Source of the DNA: a virus
Strand: one strand, 5' to 3'
IMG/VR virus record: IMGVR_UViG_3300034013_000676
Coordinates: 1 to 64,000 of that record
DNA: 64,000 nt
A program made the translations under genes and the position numbers. The notes under the pieces were generated by a model. The model saw nothing but the letters and a program-made list of their open reading frames with translations, made no database searches and had not been told where the DNA came from. Below, piece after piece: positions 36,611-46,508 of the stretch. How positions within the stretch are numbered: position 1 is the stretch's first letter; every line of letters starts with the position of its first letter.

Positions 36611-36641
36611 TTATATATACTAAGACAAAAACAGCTTGAAT

Positions 36642-38063
36642 ATGGGTGAAAAGATAAAATTCCAGTACACACCAGAATATCAATGGGATTTACTCCGTTA
36701 TATAGTAAATGATAAACTAGGGCATAAGGCTATCATAAAAATAAAGGACCATTACTTTACCCTGATTGAACACCAGGTTTTAGCCTATTGCCTTATTCAA
36801 TATTTTAATAAACACCATAAGACTCCGGGTGAAACGTTATTAAGGGAGGAAGTGGTTAAAACCCTTAACTCTAAAACTTATGTTGAGTTAGTAACCAAGG
36901 ATGAGCAAAGTGATATAATCAAATTAATTCCTAAATTATATGAAGGAATTTTAAAAGACAGTGATGAAATCTATAATTTATGTAAGAAGTTTTCAGCTTA
37001 TGTAAGGATGAGGGAATTACTTGAAGAAATAGACCCAAGAGATTGGGACCAATACGTTAAATATGCCGATAGGTTCTATAATGTAATTGAGGACCAGGAT
37101 GAACAAGATGAAAGGAAAATATCATTCCTTTTTCAGGATGTAAAGGAGAGGCAGTTTAGAAGACAGGAGAATGTAACGATTATCCCAACCCCTTTCAAAC
37201 AAATAAACCAATTAACTAATGCGGGGGGGTATGAATTTGGTTCAATCATAGTAATATTAGACAAGGAGAAGAAAGGTAAAACAGCTGCACTTGTAAATAT
37301 AGCTAAAGGTTATATCCGTATGGGTAAAAAAGTCCTCTACCTTGATTATGAGAATGGTATGGACTCTATTCTTGTTAGGTTTGAACAATCTATCATGGGA
37401 TTAAACAAACGAGAAATATTAAGTGGCCAAAGCGATAGTAAGATACAAAAGAAGTTTCGTAAGTATAAGAGGGTTGGAGGAGAGGCTGTTGTCGTAAGGG
37501 TACCAGCTGGTTCAAACACAAATGAGGTACAACGAATAATAGATCAATATTATAGAGAACATGGAATAAGGTTCGATGTAATAATTGGGGATTACATCGC
37601 TAAGTCTGGTTCACTATCAAATAAAAAGGATGACACAGAAAGAATATCAGATGCCTATGAGGATTTTGCTAACCTTATACTTAAAAACAAAATCGAAATA
37701 TTATGGACAGCTAACCACGTAACAAGAGACGGTGCTAAAGCCAGATTAAGAACCAGGTATGAATCAACCGATATAGCAAAATGCATTGATATAGTAAGGC
37801 ATGTCCATGCTATTTTTGGTTTAAACAGAACCTTAGAGGAAGAAGAGAATGGTTTCTTAAGAATGGAAGTTGTAGAACAAAGGGATGGTATAAAAGGTAG
37901 AGCAGTATTTACACTTGACTCAGAAACACAAAACATGGTTGAATTAACCAAAACAGCAAGGGCTGAGTATGATGAACATTTTGCTCCATCAATATTTGCT
38001 GAAGAGGATAATAAGACCGAAACTAAACCTGTTAGAAAAGGTAAGTCAGATGATTTTAAATAA
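36642..38063 (+). CDS. dnaB: replicative helicase, DnaB/SF4-like
   Basis: DKEKKGKT (atypical Walker A), KVLYLDYEN, IIGDYI, WTANHVTR, EQRDG. Confidence 0.85.
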   Translation: MGEKIKFQYTPEYQWDLLRYIVNDKLGHKAIIKIKDHYFTLIEHQVLAYCLIQYFNKHHKTPGETLLREEVVKTLNSKTYVELVTKDEQSDIIKLIPKLYEGILKDSDEIYNLCKKFSAYVRMRELLEEIDPRDWDQYVKYADRFYNVIEDQDEQDERKISFLFQDVKERQFRRQENVTIIPTPFKQINQLTNAGGYEFGSIIVILDKEKKGKTAALVNIAKGYIRMGKKVLYLDYENGMDSILVRFEQSIMGLNKREILSGQSDSKIQKKFRKYKRVGGEAVVVRVPAGSNTNEVQRIIDQYYREHGIRFDVIIGDYIAKSGSLSNKKDDTERISDAYEDFANLILKNKIEILWTANHVTRDGAKARLRTRYESTDIAKCIDIVRHVHAIFGLNRTLEEEENGFLRMEVVEQRDGIKGRAVFTLDSETQNMVELTKTARAEYDEHFAPSIFAEEDNKTETKPVRKGKSDDFK

Positions 38064-39000
38064 AGAAACCAAAGAGAAACTAAATGAATACCTTATAAAA
38101 AAATTAGGTATGTATGATTATCGTAGGGGTTGGTTAAAAGGTGACTGCCCTGGATGTGGTAAACATAAATTTGGAGTAAATCTTTCTCAAAACAAATCTA
38201 ACTGTTTTTCATGTGATTATAAACTGAAGCCGCTAGATATCGTAAAAGATATAGAGAATACTAATTCTATGGGAGAAGTATTTAATATACTAAACCATCT
38301 CGAGGGTATATCCTATATAGAAGAGGAAGTAGAAGCTTACCAATTAAAAACTGAAACAGTATTACCTGAAGGTTATAGGAATATAAAAAGGGGTGATTCT
38401 GTATTGGCTAAATCAGCCAGAGCTTTTGTAAAGAGGAGAGGTTTTAATATAAATAAAATGAGTAGGAAAGGGTGGGGTTATGGAACTAAGGATAAATACT
38501 TCGGTTACATAATAATGCCTTTCTATGTTGATAATAAATTGGTTTACTTTAATGCTAGATTATTTTTGGGTTCTGGTCCTAAATTTAATAACCCAGATAT
38601 AACCGAGTTCGGATTAGGTAAATCATTTATCATATACAACAAGGATGCTCTATACCTTTATAAAACTATTTGGATTGTTGAGTCAGTTACAAATAGTGAA
38701 ACAATTGGAGACAATGCTTGTGCAATGGGTGGTAAATCCTTATCTGCAGTTCAAATAAATGAGATAATCAAATCACCATGCGAAAAAATTATAATAGGTT
38801 TAGACTTAGATGCAATAGATAAAGCCATAGCATTAGCTTTTAAGTTGGTTGAATATAAAAAAGTTAAGGTTATAGTGATGGATAGTTCTAAGGATATAAA
38901 TGATATAGGTAGAAAGAAAGCTTTAAAAAAAGCATATCAATCTAGATACCTAACCTCATATAAAGAAGTTATGAAACTTAAAAATGAATTAATAAAATGA
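38050..39000 (+). CDS. dnaG: DNA primase (Zn finger + TOPRIM)
   Basis: CPGCG...NCFSC; YFNAR; IVES; GLDLDA; KDIND; ATG at 38050 preferred. Confidence 0.88.
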   Translation: MILNKETKEKLNEYLIKKLGMYDYRRGWLKGDCPGCGKHKFGVNLSQNKSNCFSCDYKLKPLDIVKDIENTNSMGEVFNILNHLEGISYIEEEVEAYQLKTETVLPEGYRNIKRGDSVLAKSARAFVKRRGFNINKMSRKGWGYGTKDKYFGYIIMPFYVDNKLVYFNARLFLGSGPKFNNPDITEFGLGKSFIIYNKDALYLYKTIWIVESVTNSETIGDNACAMGGKSLSAVQINEIIKSPCEKIIIGLDLDAIDKAIALAFKLVEYKKVKVIVMDSSKDINDIGRKKALKKAYQSRYLTSYKEVMKLKNELIK

Positions 39001-39890
39001 ATAGAGAACCAAGTATACACATTACACAATCTAAACTTTGGCAATTAATAGCCGAATATCTAATGCGGGGATGTAATGACCCATTAAGTGAGGAAATGAT
39101 TGAACAAGATACATCCGAAATGGTTGAGTTCTTAATGGTAAATGCTAAACCTTTTTCACTCGAGAAGAGAACTATAAATGTAACTAATCAAAAGGTAGCA
39201 AAAGAAGTTGATAAAAAAGTTTCCAATGACAAATCAGGTTTCATGGAATTGGCTAAGTTAATTCTATTAGTTAGGAGGGAAATGAAACACAAAGGGGTAA
39301 GGATGATTGATATGAACTCACCCGAATATTCTGCTTTAAAAAGGCTAACCCAAATCGTAAACCAATTTGCTGATGATTTTAACTTGAACTTTAAAGGAGC
39401 TGCAACAATTTACCTTCGGTTAGGATTAAGTAAAATAACCTCATTTAGAAACTATATAGGTAAATTATGTGACATGGGCGAAAGTATATCATTGGAGTAT
39501 GAAGCTAAGACAATGATTGACAATGATAAGTTTAAAAGTGAAACTCTAAGAATACACAATATCTATGTGGGTACGATTAACGTATTAACTGGTATGAGTG
39601 ATGGGTACATAGGTAATTATAGTAAATACATTGCTTTTATGAGGGTTAGAGAGTTATGTGAAAAATATAAGATATTACCCGAAACCTATATAACCGCACA
39701 ATTCGAGGGTTTAGCTTGGACTGATAACTTCCCAGAACCAGCCCAACTTGTAACTGAGAAGGCTATTGAAAGGTTAAATAAATACCTATACAGCAAAAAG
39801 ATAAAATTTGATAACGCTAATAAAACTAAAACTGATAACAGTTTGAGTAGCATCTTAAATAAGATAAAAAATGGGGAAAGGGAAAATTAA
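38997..39890 (+). CDS. hypothetical replication-module protein
   Basis: 297-aa ORF overlapping both primase and helicase genes. Confidence 0.7.
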   Translation: MNREPSIHITQSKLWQLIAEYLMRGCNDPLSEEMIEQDTSEMVEFLMVNAKPFSLEKRTINVTNQKVAKEVDKKVSNDKSGFMELAKLILLVRREMKHKGVRMIDMNSPEYSALKRLTQIVNQFADDFNLNFKGAATIYLRLGLSKITSFRNYIGKLCDMGESISLEYEAKTMIDNDKFKSETLRIHNIYVGTINVLTGMSDGYIGNYSKYIAFMRVRELCEKYKILPETYITAQFEGLAWTDNFPEPAQLVTEKAIERLNKYLYSKKIKFDNANKTKTDNSLSSILNKIKNGEREN

Positions 39891-41319
39891 TATCATTGTC
39901 AATAACAACAAGGCAAAATTAGAGGGTAATTACAAAATCCTTAACAGGATGTATAAAGCATTTAAGGTAAAACATCCTAATGCTTTTTACTTAAGAAGAG
40001 GGGGACACGTAAGAGAAGGATGGGATGGTAACATTGATTATATTACTGAGTCTTATTATTTTAAACTAGGCTTACTCCCAAGTGTGGTAAAGAGACTAAG
40101 GGAAGAGGAAGGTTGTAAAGTAAATATAGTTGATAACCGACCCGATTTTAATATAATACCTAAGGTACCAACTAAAATTGGTGATTTAACACCAAGGCCT
40201 TATCAACATGATGCAATAAGCAGTATAATCAATAATAAAATATTGGGACTACCTTTTTGGAAAGGTGTTATAGATGCCTCAACCAATGCGGGAAAAACCA
40301 TGATTATGGCTGGTATATACCTTTCGTTCTATAGAAAAATACCTGCTCTTATATTAATCAAGGATGGTGACTTATTCAAACAATTCCTAAGAGAGTTTCC
40401 TGAGTTAGTAGGTAATGATGATCTGGGTTACATCCAAGGTAAAAATATTAAATGGGGAAATTTCACTATTGCTATGGTTCAAACTTTATCACCTAAGGTT
40501 TCTCAATACAAAAATCAATTAGCTAAAATCGGTATGTTACTAGTCGATGAGGCTGATGAAGGTAATTCAAAATCCTATAAGAAAATAATCACAGCTTGTT
40601 ATAATGCTAATATATTAGTTGGGTTATCTGGTACGATTTATATGAGTAAACTCAAAAAAGACCTAACTAAAAACCTCGATTTAAAAAGTGTATTCTCAGA
40701 AGTGGTATACACTATAAATAAGAAGGACTTAGCCGAACTAGGTCACTCAACTCCAGTAGTTATAAGGATATTCCCAGGAAGTGACCTACCCCCAGTTAAG
40801 GGTGATTGGCAAAAGGAATACCAATTACATATATCCTCAAATAAAAAAAGGGCTAAGATAGTAAGGAACCGAGTTATATTTAATGTAAAACGAGGTAGAT
40901 ACCCATTATTGGTAGTTGGTAAAATGCATGAGCATATCGATTTACAGTATAAGGTATTAAAGGACTCAATTAAACTCGAAACCTTTTCTATTAGGATGGT
41001 ACACGGTGGAACCCCTAAAAAGGAAAGGGATTGGATATTTGAACAATTCAGAATTGGTAAGATAGACATCCTGGTATCATCATTTATTATAAAAAGGGGT
41101 AAGAACCACCCCTTAATAAAATGTATAATTAATGCAGCTGGTTCTGACTCACAGGAAACGGTATCCCAATTAATGGGTAGGGGGGAAAGAACACATGAAA
41201 GTAAAAAGAAGTACTACATGGAAGACTTTATGGATTCTGGTTCTTATATGAGGAGACACTCTAAACATCGAGCTATTTACTACGCTAAACATGGGTTCAA
41301 ACTAATCAAAAAATATTAA
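39871..41319 (+). CDS. superfamily 2 helicase (UvsW-like)
   Basis: PRPYQ, STNAGKT, VDEAD, GLSGT, VHGG, QLMGRGER. Confidence 0.92.
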   Translation: MGKGKINIIVNNNKAKLEGNYKILNRMYKAFKVKHPNAFYLRRGGHVREGWDGNIDYITESYYFKLGLLPSVVKRLREEEGCKVNIVDNRPDFNIIPKVPTKIGDLTPRPYQHDAISSIINNKILGLPFWKGVIDASTNAGKTMIMAGIYLSFYRKIPALILIKDGDLFKQFLREFPELVGNDDLGYIQGKNIKWGNFTIAMVQTLSPKVSQYKNQLAKIGMLLVDEADEGNSKSYKKIITACYNANILVGLSGTIYMSKLKKDLTKNLDLKSVFSEVVYTINKKDLAELGHSTPVVIRIFPGSDLPPVKGDWQKEYQLHISSNKKRAKIVRNRVIFNVKRGRYPLLVVGKMHEHIDLQYKVLKDSIKLETFSIRMVHGGTPKKERDWIFEQFRIGKIDILVSSFIIKRGKNHPLIKCIINAAGSDSQETVSQLMGRGERTHESKKKYYMEDFMDSGSYMRRHSKHRAIYYAKHGFKLIKKY

Positions 41320-41326
41320 AAACACA

Positions 41327-41336
41327 GTACTATTTA
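41327..41336 (+). promoter_or_regulatory. RTACTATW putative phage promoter (nucleotide-modification/polymerase operon)
   Basis: GTACTATTTA, 34 bp before ATG 41361. Confidence 0.6.
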
Positions 41337-41360
41337 TAAACAATTAAAAATCACAACATT

Positions 41361-41609
41361 ATGAAGTCATTACCATTTGAAGGCACAATAAAAATAGCTG
41401 AACACCAGGAGGAATATGAAACAGTTCATGCACACTTAGGTAGAGATACTACCCATTCTCAAATACCGATAATAACTGTTTGCTTTGAATTAAGTGAAGA
41501 GGAGAAAAAGGTAATATTAGAAACAGGTAAGATATGGTACCAACAATGTTCATTACAAATGCGACCTATGAGCTTATCAGTAATTAAACCCGAATTAAAA
41601 GATAGATAA
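41361..41609 (+). CDS. conserved phage hypothetical protein
   Basis: HQEEY...ITVCFELSEEE...ETGKIW pattern. Confidence 0.7.
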   Translation: MKSLPFEGTIKIAEHQEEYETVHAHLGRDTTHSQIPIITVCFELSEEEKKVILETGKIWYQQCSLQMRPMSLSVIKPELKDR

Positions 41610-41992
41610 TGGCTAAGAAAAGAAAACCCCGAAAAGATATAGTAAAGAAGGTTGATTTACTAAAACCCTTAAGTTCAATTGACATACTTAAATTTGGTAC
41701 AGATGAAGACCCTTGCTTTGGTAAACTTTTTGATTTAACCGAAGACCCATGTAGAAGATGTGGAGATTCCACGCTTTGTCAAATTGTAAGTAACCAAAAG
41801 ACAGTAGCTAAAAGAGAAGAGGTAGAAAGTAATAATCGTTTTAAGGATTTAGAACTTGATGATTTTAAAGCTAAAGCACTAATTAAAAAATTAAGAAAAA
41901 AGAAAACAAGTGACGAGGCTATAAAAAATAAATTGGAAAGAAGGTTCGGCTATGAGCCTAAGAAAATAAAACAATTATTAAAAGGAAAGTAA
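41609..41992 (+). CDS. four-cysteine metal-binding protein
   Basis: C-x11-C-x2-C-x5-C (DPCFGKLFDLTEDPCRRCGDSTLC); TAATG-coupled on both sides. Confidence 0.65.
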   Translation: MAKKRKPRKDIVKKVDLLKPLSSIDILKFGTDEDPCFGKLFDLTEDPCRRCGDSTLCQIVSNQKTVAKREEVESNNRFKDLELDDFKAKALIKKLRKKKTSDEAIKNKLERRFGYEPKKIKQLLKGK

Positions 41993-42930
41993 TGGTAAAT
42001 GAACAGAAGTTAATGAAGGTATTAGAGTACTCAGATTCCCAAACAGCATGGGAACATTTGAATGAGTACTTCTTAAATAACCAGGAAGAGATACTTGAAA
42101 GGGGGGGAGCTAGATATGGTCCCCAATTGGTGTCTTATGATGTAATGATACATATAAGAAAAGCTTGGGTAGATCCTAAGTTTGACTTCGGTAATACTTT
42201 CGGTTACAGGAAACAGAAATGGACATCATTGGTTAACAATTATATCAATATGAATTACCTTGATATCCTAAAGGCTGAAGTATTGGAAAAGGTAACCAAG
42301 AAAAACCAAAGCTATAACCTCTCTATGAGATTTGATAACTCACATGGTTCTGGTAAAAACTGTTTATTATCATTAACTGTATCTAAAAGGATAGGATTAG
42401 AACATCCTATATTCATCTTCAACCTTAGGTCATCTGAGATAACTAAAAGGTTATTATGGGATTTACTTCTAGTACAAAGAATAGCTGAATATATATATGG
42501 AAATAAAGAACATATAAGTATTAAACTATTCTGTGGTAATATGTACCAAAATACAGAGTCTTTTATTATGTATAACAATCATAAAAAGATAAAAGATGTT
42601 CTAATCCCAATGGGGACAAAAACTAATGGTAAACCTAAATACAGTCTATGGCAGGAAAGGGCTACACAGATTTTAGAGGAATTTAAAAATGTGGACCCTA
42701 AGACTGTTAAGTTCAAGGTTCACCTTAGGTCAGTTAATCAAATACAGAGATGTAAGAATGGGCACCCTTTATCTGGTAACCGACCATTATTAGCTAAGGA
42801 ATGTATCATTGGGGAATCATTTAAAGTCCCATACCCAGAAGATTGCATCACAAGTGCAGAAAGAAAAAAATTCAAGAGGGGACACTTAAGAAAACTAAAG
42901 AGAGATGAAGACAGACAAAAGTCCAAGTAA
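41992..42930 (+). CDS. divergent thymidylate-synthase-fold protein A
   Basis: KNCLLSLTV (Cys at the catalytic position) and LRSSEITKRLLWD (RSxD-x7-N/D equivalent); HxY motif absent. Confidence 0.6.
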   Translation: MVNEQKLMKVLEYSDSQTAWEHLNEYFLNNQEEILERGGARYGPQLVSYDVMIHIRKAWVDPKFDFGNTFGYRKQKWTSLVNNYINMNYLDILKAEVLEKVTKKNQSYNLSMRFDNSHGSGKNCLLSLTVSKRIGLEHPIFIFNLRSSEITKRLLWDLLLVQRIAEYIYGNKEHISIKLFCGNMYQNTESFIMYNNHKKIKDVLIPMGTKTNGKPKYSLWQERATQILEEFKNVDPKTVKFKVHLRSVNQIQRCKNGHPLSGNRPLLAKECIIGESFKVPYPEDCITSAERKKFKRGHLRKLKRDEDRQKSK

Positions 42931-43807
42931 TATCCTAAAATACATGGCTGATAAACATGATATTAATCAATTAATAAAGGACTATACTCACCCAGAAGAA
43001 GTAGTCCTTTCAGAGCTAAAACCTAAAAGGAGATTAGCTGGAATATGGCAAGGCATAGATAATTATAAAGATATGACCATGTTAGTTAAAAGGGATGTAA
43101 CATTAAAAATATGTATCCCAGTATGCCCTGTAATACTTCAGGATATTACATTAGCAGATCAACCCTGGTCTGAGGCTCATTTTCAGGAAAGAGTAGGAGG
43201 TCAACCTTTAAATCCGGGTGAGTCCTATAAGATATGGCCTTATGCTAACTTCAATAAAAATACTGAGTTTAGGAAAGATGAAAAATTCGACCATAGTTAT
43301 ATGGAAAGGTTTTGGCCAAAGTTTGCGGGTTATGCCCAATTTGACGGTTTAGGTTTAAAGAATTGTAACGAACTAAGGGAATCAGATAATTTAGGTATTA
43401 GGTTTAAATATGGGGATTATAATGATGTTATCCAACAATTAACCAGAAACACTCTTACAAGGCAAGCTTACCTACCTATATTTTTCCCAGAAGATACCGG
43501 AGCAAAAAACAATATAAGAGTACCATGTACATTGGGTTATTTATTTGAAATTTGGGATGGTAAATTAGATATGACCTATTACATTCGTTCATGTGACGTA
43601 TTCCGTCATTTTCGTAATGATATTTATCTTGCAGGTAGATTGATACAACATACTACTAATATACTATTACTAAATGGAATAGATATTAAACCGGGTGAAT
43701 TGAATATGAAGATTAATAACCTTCATGCATTCGAAAATGATATTTACGCTTTAAAACAAAAAGAGAAACGATTATGCAAAGAATTGAAAGAGAACAATAT
43801 TTCATAG
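42905..43807 (+). CDS. thymidylate-synthase-fold dCMP-modifying enzyme B (dCMP hydroxymethylase-like)
   Basis: TRQAYLPIF, RVPCTLGY, YIRSCDVFRHFRNDIY, NLHAF; Asp at the specificity position as in T4 gp42. Confidence 0.85.
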   Translation: MKTDKSPSNILKYMADKHDINQLIKDYTHPEEVVLSELKPKRRLAGIWQGIDNYKDMTMLVKRDVTLKICIPVCPVILQDITLADQPWSEAHFQERVGGQPLNPGESYKIWPYANFNKNTEFRKDEKFDHSYMERFWPKFAGYAQFDGLGLKNCNELRESDNLGIRFKYGDYNDVIQQLTRNTLTRQAYLPIFFPEDTGAKNNIRVPCTLGYLFEIWDGKLDMTYYIRSCDVFRHFRNDIYLAGRLIQHTTNILLLNGIDIKPGELNMKINNLHAFENDIYALKQKEKRLCKELKENNIS

Positions 43808-44196
43808 AAATTGCTAAAATTACTGCCAAGAGATCAATCTGCCCCCGCAAACAAGTAGGGGCAGTTTTGGTTAAAGATGGGCGTATAATAGCCACGGGGT
43901 ACAATGGAGTATTACCTAAGGAAGAACATAAATTTGCTTTAAACCCCGACGGATCATCAGCTACTATACATGCTGAGGCTAACCTAATAGCTTTTTGTGC
44001 TAAGGAGGGTATACCCACAAAAGGTACAACACTTTATACAACATTATCACCTTGTGATAAATGTGCTGAACTAATCATACAGGCCGGTATTATTAAGGTT
44101 AATTATATTGAGGAATATAGAGATTTAACCGGGGTAATTACATTGGTAAATAATGATATTGATATAAACCTTAAATGGGGAAAAAATGAAATCTGA
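43774..44196 (+). CDS. dCMP deaminase
   Basis: RS.C.RKQVGAVLVKDGRIIATGYNG, HAEAN, SPCDKC. Confidence 0.95.
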   Translation: MQRIEREQYFIEIAKITAKRSICPRKQVGAVLVKDGRIIATGYNGVLPKEEHKFALNPDGSSATIHAEANLIAFCAKEGIPTKGTTLYTTLSPCDKCAELIIQAGIIKVNYIEEYRDLTGVITLVNNDIDINLKWGKNEI

Positions 44197-46462
44197 ATAT
44201 AAACTAATAACCAAGAAAAAGCATGTGGACAAACTCATAACTTATGTAAAGCAAACGGGTTATTGTTCTTTTGACTTTGAGACGAATGCCAGGCCATTTC
44301 ATGATCCCTTATTCTTACCCACCATAATAGGTATATCATTTCAACCAGGCTCTGGGTACATAATACCATTAGCTCATAAGGATTCACCGTTTAAAAGGAA
44401 AGGTATATGGTTGGATATCCTAAAGAAAATAGGTAAAGAGCTAATCTCAAATCCTAGGATTATTAAAGTTGCCTGGAATGCTAGTTTTGAACTTAAGGTA
44501 TTAAAGCTTTATAAAATCGAAGTTAAAGGTAGATTATTCGATGGTATAATGGCTAAATATTTACTTAAAGAGGAACGACCAAATGGTTTAAAAGAACAGG
44601 TAACGTCATTATTACCTTTCTTTGCAGATTATGATTTAAAAGGTAAACCCTCATCAAAGGCTAAACGTGAAAAGATTATAGAATTTTGGACTAACGTTGA
44701 ACTTAATGAACTATCTAAATATTGTGCTCTAGACTGTGACCTAACTCTACGATTAATGATGTTTTATGAGAAACTCTTATTAAAACATGACTTCTATAAA
44801 TTGTTTAGGAATATGTTGATGATGGGCACCAGAGTATTATCAGATTCTGAGTATCACGGTATGCCTGTAGACCAAAAATTCCTTGAAGGCTTAGTAGTAA
44901 CTTATGGTGAGAGGGTAATTGAGTTAGAGAAAGAGCTTTACAAACACCCAATCATATCTAAATTCGAGAAAGGCCTAGTAAAAGACAGGGTTAAAAAATA
45001 TATATTTAAAATCGAAACTGAGATTGAGGATATAGAAATAGAAATGAAGGAGATGGATGCCAATTATAGAGAGTTGGTACTTAGTCGGGATAATGAAGCT
45101 GCCCGTAGGGTTATGAATAAAATAAATGCTAAAGCTAAATTGATTAAATCCCGAGAGGAGAAGATTGATAGGATAATAGCACATGATTTTAGGACTAAAG
45201 GCGAACAAAAGATGTTAGAGAAGGTTAATTTTGCTTCTCCCGAACAAATGGTCCAATTGTTTCATAAATCACCCTATGGGTTTAGGTTTAAAGTAGTTAA
45301 ATACACTGTCGACGAATTTAAAAAAGAAACAGATAGACCTTCAACTGATGAGGAAGTATTAACTGAGTTAATGACTAAGGATAAATCAGGTTTTATCGAA
45401 AGGTTATTAGAATTTAGGGGTACATCTAAATTATACTCTACCTATATCGTTGGTATGAAAGACATCTTATCGGTTGATTCAAGGATACACCCCTCATATT
45501 TATTATTTGGGACAGTTACAGGTAGATTATCATCCATAAACCCTAATTTCCAAAATATACCCCGAGATACAACCAATGCTGATATCAAGAAAATGTTTAT
45601 ACCTCCAAAAAATAAAATATTACTACAGCTGGATTACTCTCAAGCTGAGTTAAGGGTAATGGCGGCACAGGCAAATGAAACAGAGATGCTACGTTGGTTT
45701 AGAGAAGGAAGAGATATTCACTTAGCTGTTGCATGTGATAAAAACAAATGGGATTATGAGTGGGCATTACCTATATATTTAAAAGAGGATAAAGCAGACC
45801 CCAATTACACCAAAATAAAGGTAGAACGTAAATATGCTAAAACAATTAACTTTGGTATTATCTATGGGCAAACAGCAAATAAACTTTCCATTGGAATGGG
45901 TACATCAATCAAGGAGGCTGAGATATATCTAAAGGAATATAACAAACGTTTCCCTAATATCGCTAAATTCATCAAGAAACAAAATGCTTATGCCGAAAGA
46001 CACGGCTTCGTTAAAAATATATTTGGTAGAAAACGAAGGTTACCTAATATTTGGCATTCAGAATGGGGTAAAAAAGCTGAAGCACAAAGACAATCGGTAA
46101 ATGCTCCAATTCAGGGAGCAGCTTCTGATTATACATTGTTCTCATCTATCCTTATTTGGGAAAAAATCAGAAAAGGGGAATTACCAAAAGATATGATACA
46201 ATGTTATACTGTACATGATTCACTAGGATTCTTCTTAGACCCAAAAGATGTTCATTGGGTAGTTCCTATATTAGATGAAATTTGTTCTAACCCCGAAACG
46301 ATGGAATGGTTTGGTTTTCAAATCGATTCGGTTAAAATGCAAGTTGATTTTGAGGTAAGTCATATAAGCTGGGCTAAATTAAGTACATACCATAAGAATG
46401 AAGATTACATTAAACCCACTAGAAACTTCAACAGGGTAGAATATAATAAGCAAGTGGCTTAG
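44186..46462 (+). CDS. polA: family A DNA polymerase with 3'-5' exonuclease
   Basis: FDFET, WNASFE, YCALD; TGRLSS.NPNFQNIP, DYSQAELR, RKYAKTINFGIIYG, NAPIQG.ASD, TVHDS. Confidence 0.97.
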   Translation: MKSEYKLITKKKHVDKLITYVKQTGYCSFDFETNARPFHDPLFLPTIIGISFQPGSGYIIPLAHKDSPFKRKGIWLDILKKIGKELISNPRIIKVAWNASFELKVLKLYKIEVKGRLFDGIMAKYLLKEERPNGLKEQVTSLLPFFADYDLKGKPSSKAKREKIIEFWTNVELNELSKYCALDCDLTLRLMMFYEKLLLKHDFYKLFRNMLMMGTRVLSDSEYHGMPVDQKFLEGLVVTYGERVIELEKELYKHPIISKFEKGLVKDRVKKYIFKIETEIEDIEIEMKEMDANYRELVLSRDNEAARRVMNKINAKAKLIKSREEKIDRIIAHDFRTKGEQKMLEKVNFASPEQMVQLFHKSPYGFRFKVVKYTVDEFKKETDRPSTDEEVLTELMTKDKSGFIERLLEFRGTSKLYSTYIVGMKDILSVDSRIHPSYLLFGTVTGRLSSINPNFQNIPRDTTNADIKKMFIPPKNKILLQLDYSQAELRVMAAQANETEMLRWFREGRDIHLAVACDKNKWDYEWALPIYLKEDKADPNYTKIKVERKYAKTINFGIIYGQTANKLSIGMGTSIKEAEIYLKEYNKRFPNIAKFIKKQNAYAERHGFVKNIFGRKRRLPNIWHSEWGKKAEAQRQSVNAPIQGAASDYTLFSSILIWEKIRKGELPKDMIQCYTVHDSLGFFLDPKDVHWVVPILDEICSNPETMEWFGFQIDSVKMQVDFEVSHISWAKLSTYHKNEDYIKPTRNFNRVEYNKQVA

Positions 46463-46465
46463 AGA

Positions 46466-46475
46466 ATACTATATA
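46466..46475 (+). promoter_or_regulatory. RTACTATW putative phage promoter
   Basis: ATACTATATA 43 bp before ATG 46509; a second TACTATAA at 46491. Confidence 0.55.
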
Positions 46476-46508
46476 ATAATATAATATAATTACTATAAAA
46501 AGAGAATA

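Noticed and set aside
41992-44196. SPO1-type hydroxymethyluracil pathway or ordinary ThyA
   Set aside because: Disfavoured, not excluded: the specificity residue is Asp rather than Asn in both TS-fold proteins, and an intact thyX implies thymine is made.
44948-45220. Possible intein or intron in the polymerase
   Set aside because: No C/S...HN-C/S/T splice motifs, no homing endonuclease motif and no frame break.
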